DNA of 64,000 bases from Candidatus Acidiferrum sp. (GTDB taxonomy: Bacteria; Acidobacteriota; Terriglobia; Acidiferrales; UBA7541), in contig DASPVC010000060.1 of the NCBI GenBank assembly GCA_035622585.1, positions 119,096 through 183,095 on the forward strand. Direction: 5' to 3'. Below the pieces are notes generated by a model. The model ran no database searches and had not been told where the DNA came from. It worked only from the letters and a program-made list of their open reading frames with translations. The position numbers were made by a program, and so were the translations under genes. Shown here piece after piece: positions 28,626-36,100 of this stretch (the stretch's first letter is position 1; every line of letters starts with the position of its first letter).

Positions 28626-29537
28626 CTAGCCGCGCCGCGAGCGTGCACGCATCGCCGCTTTATACTCCGCCTCGATTTCACTATCTGAAAGGTCGTCCAA
28701 AGCAACCGATTCCGGCACGGGCGCGGGCGTTGCATCGGGCGTGCTCGCCGCGCTGCGCTCGGCTTCTTGGCACGCAGTCCACGCGGCATCAAGCAGCGAA
28801 ATTGTTAGGGGCCTGCCTGCGCAGAATCCGTGAATGTATTCCTCGCGCTCCGGTGTCGGGCTGTAGTTGTCGCGCGAATGCACCCACGCCAGTGCGCACG
28901 CTTCGTCGCAGACATCGCGATAGCGCGGATCATCGAGGATGCGGAACCAGTCAATGTCGCGTCCGTTGAAGGCGTAGTACAAGAAGCGACCGATGCTCTC
29001 CTGAACGAGTCCTTGCTGCGCGTACCTTATGCACTCCAGCCGCTCGTTCTCTGTTAGCTCTCGCGTCGCATCTTTCTTTTGCTCGGCGTCCAGTGCGCGA
29101 CACAGCGACACGAGCTTTTCCATCAATGCGTCGCGGCTTGGAGCCTTCAACATTTTCTTCTCGCCGTCCAAGTCCAGCGTCGCGGTCCATTCGGAACCGA
29201 TCTTGCGAACACGCGCTTCCCACCCGGCCAGATGCACAACGGAATCGCTATGAGCTTCTTCGTATTCCTGTATCAGCGCGGGGTCGCCGGTCTCGCGCAC
29301 AGCGGCTTCATCGAGATTCGACAAAAACTGCTTGAGTGCCTTGGCACCCACGGAACTGTCGGGCGTCAAGCCCGCAAATCGCGGATCGGGTGCGAGCGGG
29401 TCGGTCTCGTCCTGTGCTGCACGCTTCAAATCCGCAGCGTTGAGTGGAAGACCGCGACGGTCAAGCGGCGCTAGTCTCAGCGAATCGCTCACAAATTCGC
29501 GCTCTGCGTTTCGTCGCGCGAGTGTCGTTGGTTTCAT
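28626..29537 (-). CDS. Hypothetical protein (303 aa), second gene of an orphan two-gene operon
   Basis: Strong SD AGGAGG 7 nt upstream of the ATG, 9 nt after the upstream gene's stop. I recognised no domain. Confidence 0.6.
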   Translation of the reverse strand: MKPTTLARRNAEREFVSDSLRLAPLDRRGLPLNAADLKRAAQDETDPLAPDPRFAGLTPDSSVGAKALKQFLSNLDEAAVRETGDPALIQEYEEAHSDSVVHLAGWEARVRKIGSEWTATLDLDGEKKMLKAPSRDALMEKLVSLCRALDAEQKKDATRELTENERLECIRYAQQGLVQESIGRFLYYAFNGRDIDWFRILDDPRYRDVCDEACALAWVHSRDNYSPTPEREEYIHGFCAGRPLTISLLDAAWTACQEAERSAASTPDATPAPVPESVALDDLSDSEIEAEYKAAMRARSRRG

Positions 29538-29546
29538 ATTTTCCTC

Positions 29547-30320
29547 CTAATCATTCAACTCCGTTCCGCACGTAGGCATGTACGGATGCTGGCGCTTGCG
29601 AAGTCGGTCGGTGCGCTTGTGGACTGATTCGCGCTCCGATTCCTGTACGGCTCGGATTCGGAGATGGTCCGCGATGCCCAGTTGTCGGCGCGGCTGGAAT
29701 TGGATCGGCTCAACGGGCGGACGTAGCAATTCAATCCGTTCCGTGATGTCTCGAACCGCAACCTTCAGGTCCAATCCTTCAGCCGCCGCCGCGCGTTCCA
29801 ATGCGCCAAACTGAGCTTGCAATTCACGAAGCCTGTCGGACTCCGCACGATTGAGCGGCGCAGTCGCGCATCGAGCACGCTGCGTCAAGATGCCGTGCGC
29901 GAGTGCTCGGCCATCTTCAATGAGTGAGCGTTGCGCGATTGTTGCCGTGCTCGCTTGCTGGCTCGGTCGTGCTTCGGTCTCGCCTGACGCTCCGTCCGTT
30001 TTCTGGACAGGCGCGTCTGCCTTCGGCGTGGATGGTTCTTCGGCGCGTTGGGCGTCGCTCTCAGCCTCCGTCAGAAATGCAGCAAGTCGAGGATCAATTC
30101 CCGAGAGCGACGATGTGTCCGTGTCCTCTTCGAGTGTGCGCAGCATTTCAGCGACGCGGACGGCGACCTTCGGATGGGTTGCTTCAGCAGAAGCGATCTT
30201 CGCTAGCCACTTTGCGCTCGGCTGGCGCATCTGCGCTAGTGCGGCGAGCTTCGTTCTTACGGGCGCTTTGCGCTCGACGATTCGGCGTAGTGCGGTTTCA
30301 GTTTTGTTCGTTCGAGCCAT
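29547..30320 (-). CDS. Hypothetical Ala/Arg/Glu-rich protein (257 aa), first gene of the orphan operon
   Basis: SD AGGGAG upstream. Low-complexity acidic centre. I recognised no domain. Confidence 0.55.
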   Translation of the reverse strand: MARTNKTETALRRIVERKAPVRTKLAALAQMRQPSAKWLAKIASAEATHPKVAVRVAEMLRTLEEDTDTSSLSGIDPRLAAFLTEAESDAQRAEEPSTPKADAPVQKTDGASGETEARPSQQASTATIAQRSLIEDGRALAHGILTQRARCATAPLNRAESDRLRELQAQFGALERAAAAEGLDLKVAVRDITERIELLRPPVEPIQFQPRRQLGIADHLRIRAVQESERESVHKRTDRLRKRQHPYMPTCGTELND

Positions 30321-30370
30321 TTTTTCTACCGCTCCCTTTCGTTTCTGGTTTGCGAAACCGATTAGCGGAG

Positions 30371-30388
30371 AGTACCGCGAGTACCGCG
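30371..30388. repeat. Tandem 9-mer AGTACCGCG x2 in a divergent promoter region
   Basis: AGTACCGCGAGTACCGCG lies 50-70 nt upstream of the 30320 start. Possible iteron or operator. Confidence 0.4.
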
Positions 30389-30659
30389 TTTGCTAGGTGA
30401 TCGTGGGTAGACGATTGCCTGCCTAGAGGCTCCTCCACCTCCGGTCCCTGCGATTCAAACTAATGTTACTGTTCGCTCCGACCGACTAGCCGCGACAAGC
30501 AGGACGAATCCGCAAAGCGAACGGACCATCGAACGGAGCGTCGGCAGTTCAGCTTTCTCCCGGCTGCGCTGTTGGCCGTGGCGTCTCGAAAATCGGTGCC
30601 GACGTACACTGACGATTCTCGCCTATTGACTACGTATGGCGGTTGTGCATACTTAGGCT

Positions 30660-30788
30660 GTGAAGCGCACAACGATTTGGCTTACCGACCGGCAGCAAAA
30701 GAAGCTAGCCGCACTGTCAAAGAAGACAGGCATCACAGTCGCCGAACTCATTCGGCGGTACATTGATGCCGGACTGGAAAAGGCATGA
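30660..30788 (+). CDS. Small ribbon-helix-helix (CopG/Arc-like) protein, 42 aa; absent from the ORF track because it is under 60 aa
   Basis: Hand translation: VKRTTIWLTDRQQKKLAALSKKTGITVAELIRRYIDAGLEKA. Its stop overlaps the recombinase ATG (ATGA). TTGACT-N16-CATACT lies just upstream. Confidence 0.55.
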   Translation: MKRTTIWLTDRQQKKLAALSKKTGITVAELIRRYIDAGLEKA

Positions 30789-31360
30789 GAATCGCCCTCT
30801 ATTTGCGCGTCAGCACGGATAAGCAGGAGACAGAGAATCAGGCCGTCCAACTCCGTGAGTTTGCAGCGAAGCAGGGCTGGGAGGTCGTCGGCGAGTATTG
30901 CGATTACGAGTCGGGCGCTAAGACGGATCGCGCTGAGTTCAAACGGATGTTTGAGGACGCGAGCCGTCGCAGGTTCGATCTCGTGCTGTTCTGGGCGCTC
31001 GACCGATTGTCGCGCGAGGGTGTATACCAAACTCTCCAGCACCTTGATCGTCTGGAATCCTACGGCGTCGGCTTCCGTTCGTTCACGGAGCCGTACTTCG
31101 ATAGTTGCGGCGTGTTCAAGGATGCCGTCATTGCGATCATGGCGACGCTCGCCAAACAGGAGCGCATCAAGCGGTCGGAGCGGACGCGAGCCGGACTCGC
31201 GCGAGTGAAGGCATCGGGGAAGAGACTGGGCCGTCCGAGACTGACTGTGCGCGCCTCTGAGATAGCCCGCCTTCGCATTGCCGGGCTGTCTGGCCGGGCC
31301 ATCGCTCGCGAGCTTGGTATTTCCGAAGGCTCCGTCCGCCGTATCGCGTCAGCAGCCTAA
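30785..31360 (+). CDS. Serine recombinase (resolvase/invertase family)
   Basis: MRIALYLRVSTDKQ catalytic Ser motif, FWALDRLSR, and a C-terminal HTH GLSGRAIARELGISEGSVRR. Confidence 0.92.
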   Translation: MRIALYLRVSTDKQETENQAVQLREFAAKQGWEVVGEYCDYESGAKTDRAEFKRMFEDASRRRFDLVLFWALDRLSREGVYQTLQHLDRLESYGVGFRSFTEPYFDSCGVFKDAVIAIMATLAKQERIKRSERTRAGLARVKASGKRLGRPRLTVRASEIARLRIAGLSGRAIARELGISEGSVRRIASAA

Positions 31361-31385
31361 CCGACCGCGCAAGAAACGTCCCCTC

Positions 31386-31430
31386 GAAACCGCTGCTATC
31401 TCCCCCGATTTCACAGCGGTTTCTTCTCGA
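31386..31430 (+). terminator. Terminator-like hairpin after the recombinase gene
   Basis: GAAACCGCTG (31386-31395) pairs perfectly with CAGCGGTTTC (31414-31423), followed by TTCTC. The loop is 18 nt. Confidence 0.45.
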
Positions 31431-31727
31431 TTTCCACGCGCCAGAAACGAACCATTTTGACGCGATTCAATCGTCTAACACAAGATCGTGGAGGCGAGTC
31501 CGGCGACGGGTAAGGCGTCATTCTACGGGCGTTGATCCCGCATGGCAGATGCAGAAATCGCGTTTGAAAAACCGATTCCGCAACCGCGCGGGTAGTAGCG
31601 CCATGTAACATCCACATCTCACGCGAGCCAGACCGAGTGTCCGATTACGCAACTATATCTCCATCGAGTCTTGGAATAACCGATAGAACGCACTCGCCGC
31701 GCACCTAAGCGTTCAGATGCGGCCAGC

Positions 31728-32285
31728 GTGATAGCCTTGTTCATGGCTGCTTCAATTACGCCTGCGCAGATAATGTTCCGACTTACTCAGCGAGACGTGT
31801 ACAGAGCGAATGTCGCAATAGCGGCAGACAATTTCAAGAAGCCAACGATTGTTCTCGGCCTTGTTTGTATCGAGGTACTGGCCATCGCAGGTCTCGTAGG
31901 ATTTGTGCTCCGAGGGAAAAACACGTTGTATGTGCTCGCAGCAATTGGCGTGGCCCTGTATTTTCCGCTCATCATTTTGTCTTCAATGTTCATTAGTACG
32001 TACTTCGCTGCGAAATCCCTGTTCAAGAGCGACCTAAACCTCCAGAGTGACATTCGCTGTTCCTTTTCGGACGATGTCGTATCCGTCGAGATGGCGACCG
32101 GCGAGTCCAAACTTCTATGGAACACATTTCCTAAGGCGACCGAGAGATCGGACTTTTTCTTACTATACCTGCGAAAGAGCCTAGCGTATGTCATACCTAA
32201 GCGGGTGTTTGCTAACGAGGCGGAAATTTCAACATTCCGCGAACTGCTTCGGCGAAATGTATCGAAAACTTCGCTTTCTCGCTGA
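31728..32285 (+). CDS. YcxB-like membrane protein (two TM helices plus C-terminal domain)
   Basis: Two hydrophobic helices, then LWNTFPKATERSDFFLLYLRKSLAYVIPKRVFANEAEISTFRELL, which is typical of YcxB-like proteins as I recall them. Confidence 0.45.
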   Translation: MIALFMAASITPAQIMFRLTQRDVYRANVAIAADNFKKPTIVLGLVCIEVLAIAGLVGFVLRGKNTLYVLAAIGVALYFPLIILSSMFISTYFAAKSLFKSDLNLQSDIRCSFSDDVVSVEMATGESKLLWNTFPKATERSDFFLLYLRKSLAYVIPKRVFANEAEISTFRELLRRNVSKTSLSR

Positions 32286-33121
32286 CTGATGAGTGGGCGT
32301 AGGACGATCAATTTCTGAGATGCCTGATTGACGGCGTTACCGAACAAGCTCGGGATCGTCGTGATCCGCGCCCTCGCAGCAGTAACATCGCCGCCATGCG
32401 AACCGATCCCATGCACAGCCTACTGGAGTTGATCGACGGGCGGTCAACAAAGGAAAGCGTCATCGCTGCGGTTCGATTGGAGATGGCGATAACTAAGCAG
32501 GCTGACGCCGCGATGAGATGCGTTGCGTCCGTGGCGGTGCGGGAAATTCTCCTATCGGAGACACGGCCATCCCTCTCTCAAAAGGGAGAGATGGCCTCTT
32601 CTGGCACCGAAGAGGCAGGCAGAGCAGAAAGTCCAGAGTGAGCAACTGAACTTTCACCATTCGCTCGCCGCTTTTTGCGCTTTGAGATGTCGGACTCGGA
32701 CGTAGGCCGTAAGACGAGGGAATGAACCGCTCGAATGTGAGATCGTACTTCAGTTCCGTCGCGAGACGTGCTGAAGCCCAGCCGAGAAGCTGACTACTCA
32801 CCCGTTGCCGAGAAAACCTCGTGGGATAAATCCTTCGAGGGGAAACAGCGTTATGGTCGCTCTACCATCCCGCACCGGCGTAGTGCGGGCACAGCGTCAA
32901 GGTTCGAGATCATCGCCGTCGAACCCAGAAAGACAGCATAATCGTGCCGCGCCGAAAGTTGTTGTCGAGACTCGCAAACTGCCGCCCGGCCCATAGAACC
33001 GCCGATTTCAAGCAGACGTAGTGCCTCTACTTATAGGCGAAAAGCGGCCCAAAACTGCCTCTCCGACGCGGGTTGTGCTGAAAATGCGGCGGTTAGAGGT
33101 CAAAAAAGTGGATCGGAATTT

Positions 33122-33811
33122 TCAGGCGCTTGCGTGTTGTTGGGTGTCCGGCATCGGCATTTCCCCGGACAGCAACGCCGACGCCGGGCTGGGAGGCCGC
33201 AGCGCGGTTACGATCTCATCTCTGCCGTCGTCTCGGATCAGAAACACGTCGCAAATCTCTGAATCCTTTCTTCGTCTCACAACGATGCCATAGGCTCGAT
33301 GCTTTTGAAGGTAGACCAACTCCAACTTCGCCAACTGCGACCTCGCTTCGTCGAACTCAAGCGGGCATGGGCGCTGACTGTCGCGCAGCCAATTTGAGCG
33401 CATGTCCCCGCTACCGCCAGCAATGGCTTTGACGGTCGGTGCGTGATCGGTTTTCTTTGGCATGTTCCCTGAGTCCTCCTTCTCGATTGGTTGTTGAGGC
33501 TTGTAGCCGAGCGCGAGCCGCGCTCGCTCCCTCGCCGCCGCGAGGTCGATCTGGCCGAGTTCGCGCTTGAGACGTTGAATCGCCGGTCGGCTCACTCTGA
33601 GCTTCCGCGCCGCCTGTCGTTCCGTCATAACCAAGAGGCACCCGCGCAGCCGTTCGTAACAATCTGCGAGTTGCTGGCGCTCGTTGTTGCGGCCCTCGAC
33701 CTCGCGGCCATACACGGAGTTTCGCCACGCGATGGTCAACAATTCTTCTTGACTTACTGCTTCGGCCTGTTCGATCTCATTCTGGATACGACGCAGACGC
33801 CGCTTCTTCAC
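33122..33811 (-). CDS. Hypothetical HTH DNA-binding protein
   Basis: GTG at 33811 is preceded by GGAAAGGA, 17 nt after the xis-like stop. HTH is MTERQAARKLRVSRPAIQRLKRE. An internal AAGGAGG-ATG (MPKKTDH) may mark a second cistron. Confidence 0.5.
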   Translation of the reverse strand: MKKRRLRRIQNEIEQAEAVSQEELLTIAWRNSVYGREVEGRNNERQQLADCYERLRGCLLVMTERQAARKLRVSRPAIQRLKRELGQIDLAAARERARLALGYKPQQPIEKEDSGNMPKKTDHAPTVKAIAGGSGDMRSNWLRDSQRPCPLEFDEARSQLAKLELVYLQKHRAYGIVVRRRKDSEICDVFLIRDDGRDEIVTALRPPSPASALLSGEMPMPDTQQHASA

Positions 33812-33828
33812 TGGATTTTCCTTTCCGG

Positions 33829-34038
33829 TTACGCCGCCTTGCTCGGCTTGGCGCGAATCAGGCTCGCATCGAGAAGAGCGTCCAAATCGGCCCGCCTGAC
33901 GAACACGCGCCGCCCGACTTTCAGATAGGAAATGCGCTTCGCCAGAATCCACGCCCGGATCGTTGAAGGCTTCAGCCGCAAGAATGCTGCGGCCTCTTCA
34001 ACGGTCAACCGCTCGCCTGCTGTTTGTTGCGTCGTCAT
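33829..34038 (-). CDS. Excisionase/AlpA-type HTH DNA-binding protein
   Basis: LTVEEAAAFLRLKPSTIRAWILAKRISYLKVGRRVFVRRADLDALL. Start may be 34038 or 34062. Confidence 0.75.
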   Translation of the reverse strand: MTTQQTAGERLTVEEAAAFLRLKPSTIRAWILAKRISYLKVGRRVFVRRADLDALLDASLIRAKPSKAA

Positions 34039-34062
34039 TTTCGTTCGACCTCGATCTTTCAC

Positions 34063-34091
34063 TTGACAGCGTAAACGTGTGGCGCTATGCT
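34063..34091 (+). promoter_or_regulatory. Sigma70-like promoter TTGACA-N17-TATGCT with a downstream operator-like inverted repeat
   Basis: -35 at 34063-34068 and -10 at 34086-34091. CACTGT-N5-ACAGTG at 34110-34126 precedes the 34144 GTG. Confidence 0.45.
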
Positions 34092-34143
34092 AGTCAATGC
34101 TGTTACATGCACTGTCCTATACAGTGTCTAGCAAGAGGCGAGA

Positions 34144-34671
34144 GTGAAACAGCGCGCGACAAATGAACTGCGAAATCTGCGAACGCTCGCAGACTTCTCG
34201 AATTTGGAGACCGCAGAGCAAGCAGACTACTTCCGCCACAACTACCGTGAGTTTTTGCCAGAGGAGTTTTGGAGACCCGGTGTGCTCTTGGCAGGCAAGC
34301 GGGGGCCGAGCGACTGGAGGTATCTTCAGTCGGGAGTGCGTGCTGCTTGGCGAGAGAAGTTCCCGCCCGACGCATGTCTTTCTCTAATCGTCTTCCTCGC
34401 AATCTCGCCGGAGCAAATCGAAGGCAGCGAGTCGGTCAAGGTTTGGCCGTACCAGAAGGCGATAATGACACTCGCGACTGAGCCGTGGCGCGCCCGGTTT
34501 TGTAAATCGTGCGGCAATCGCTACGTCGCAGACAAGCCGGGGCGCGTCTTCTGTAGCGACAGTTGTGCGAAGGAGGCTCGCAAGTTGTCGAAGCGCATCT
34601 CTTGGACGAAACATCGCGACGAATGGCGAGGATCGAAAAAGCGTCAGCGCGGAAGGAGGCAAGCCCAATGA
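34144..34671 (+). CDS. Hypothetical protein with a C-terminal zinc-ribbon, coupled to the integrase gene
   Basis: FCKSCGNRYVADKPGRVFCSDSC. Its stop overlaps the integrase ATG (ATGA). Confidence 0.55.
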   Translation: MKQRATNELRNLRTLADFSNLETAEQADYFRHNYREFLPEEFWRPGVLLAGKRGPSDWRYLQSGVRAAWREKFPPDACLSLIVFLAISPEQIEGSESVKVWPYQKAIMTLATEPWRARFCKSCGNRYVADKPGRVFCSDSCAKEARKLSKRISWTKHRDEWRGSKKRQRGRRQAQ

Positions 34672-35801
34672 TCTACAAGCGCGGCAAAATCTACTGGTAC
34701 AAATTCCAGTTCGGCGGTGTTGTTCTCCGCGAATCCACGAAACAGCGCAACGACAAAGTGGCGCGGCAAATGGAATCGGCGCACCGCACGTCGTTGGCAA
34801 AGGGCGAGGTCGGCATCCGCGAAAAGAAGCTCGCGCCGACGCTAAGGGAGTTCATGGAGAATCAATTCAGGCCGTGGGTGGAAGCAACCTTCCGCGAAAG
34901 GCCGCGCACGAAAATCTGGTACATCGGCGGCGTCCGCAGATTATCAGAGTTTGCGCCGCTTGCGAGAACACGAATCAACGAGCTTTCGGCAGATATGGTT
35001 CGCGCTTACATCGCAAAGCGGCAGGCGGACGAACTCAACGTCACCTCCATCAATCGGGAGTTGCAAATTCTCCGGCGCATCTTGCGTTTGGCTTCCGAAT
35101 GGGGTGCGGCGGATTCCACTGTGAAGATCAAGTTGCTCCCCGGCGAGCGACGGAGGGAGCGCGTAATAACACCAGAAGAGGAGGCCCGGTATCTCGCCGC
35201 TGCGCCCGACCCTCTGGAGTCATTTTCCACAGTACTGGCCGACACTGGAATGCGCCCAGAAGAGTGTTTCCGGCTTCGTTGGGAGTATGTCACGTGGCTC
35301 AATGGGCGCAACGGAACATTGCTTGTCTCGCATGGTAAGACTCCCGCCGCGCGCCGCGTAATTCCTCTGACGCCTCGCGTGCGCGCGGTTCTTGAATCAC
35401 GTTGGGAGGCAGCGGAAAAACCGGATGACGGCTGGGTATGGCCCGCACAAACGCGCAGCGGGCACATCGAGCCGTCGAGCCTTCGCAAATTGCACAGCAG
35501 GACGTTCGAGACGATCACGGAAGAAGCAGCGAAGAACAATCTGAAGCCGGTCCGACCATTCGTGCTGTACTCATTCCGCCATACGTTCTTGACGCGGCTT
35601 GGACAATCGGGGTGTGATGTGTGGACGTTGGCGCGAATCGCCGGTCACAGTTCCATCAATATCTCTTCGCGGTACGTCCATCCATCCGAGGACGCGGTGT
35701 TGAACGCCATGGCGAAACTGGGTGGGCACAAAAGCGGGCACACTCAAAAGGACACGCCTCGATTGCCGGTTGCGACGAGTGAACGAAGCACAATACAATG
35801 A
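34668..35801 (+). CDS. Tyrosine site-specific integrase
   Basis: SD GGAAGGAGG. Has an N-terminal SAM-like domain. Catalytic signatures are TGMRPEECFRLRW, HSFRHTF and GHSSINISSRYVH. Confidence 0.92.
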   Translation: MIYKRGKIYWYKFQFGGVVLRESTKQRNDKVARQMESAHRTSLAKGEVGIREKKLAPTLREFMENQFRPWVEATFRERPRTKIWYIGGVRRLSEFAPLARTRINELSADMVRAYIAKRQADELNVTSINRELQILRRILRLASEWGAADSTVKIKLLPGERRRERVITPEEEARYLAAAPDPLESFSTVLADTGMRPEECFRLRWEYVTWLNGRNGTLLVSHGKTPAARRVIPLTPRVRAVLESRWEAAEKPDDGWVWPAQTRSGHIEPSSLRKLHSRTFETITEEAAKNNLKPVRPFVLYSFRHTFLTRLGQSGCDVWTLARIAGHSSINISSRYVHPSEDAVLNAMAKLGGHKSGHTQKDTPRLPVATSERSTIQ

Positions 35802-35818
35802 ACGAATTGCATGACTGA

Positions 35819-35858
35819 TCCCCGGTAGCTCAATGGTAGAGCGTTCGGCTGTTAACCG
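35819..35858 (+). repeat. attR: 40-nt direct repeat (5' half of the intact tRNA-Asn)
   Basis: Identical to 23775-23814. Confidence 0.85.
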
Positions 35859-35893
35859 AAATGTTGCAGGTTCGAGTCCTGCCCGGGGAGCCA
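35819..35893 (+). tRNA. tRNA-Asn (anticodon GTT), CCA encoded
   Basis: Hand-folded cloverleaf. Acceptor TCCCCGG/CCGGGGA, D stem GCTC/GAGC, anticodon stem TTCGG/CCGAA with loop CTGTTAA, and T arm GCAGG-TTCGAGT-CCTGC. Confidence 0.9.
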
Positions 35894-36100
35894 TTTTGAT
35901 CGATTCGCGGGAACGCCTCGAACCACTGTCAATCTCGCTCGCCACCAGCCGCAAACGACGCCATGAGATGCGAACCGCGGCGATCAACCGCTTCCCCCAG
36001 AGTCTGCGATATCGATCGCCTTTAAACCTGAAGCCTTCCAGCCCGTAAAGCATCCAATCTCGTTTCAGCCGCACGGGTCGCTGGACTGTGCTGGAGCCCT

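Larger units (their letters stand above)
23775..35858. mobile_element. 12.1-kb integrative genomic island inserted in tRNA-Asn (tyrosine-integrase type; defence and recombination cargo)
   Basis: Perfect 40-nt direct repeats flank it. Integrase and excisionase-like genes sit at the right end. Parts of the interior are visibly more AT-rich (spot counts 47-53% GC). Confidence 0.85.

Noticed and set aside
32396-32641. 81-aa + strand ORF in the island's gene-poor stretch.
   Set aside because: It has no SD and only moderate GC3, and it contains a 13-bp-stem hairpin (32565-32596) in its 3' part. It is more likely non-coding.
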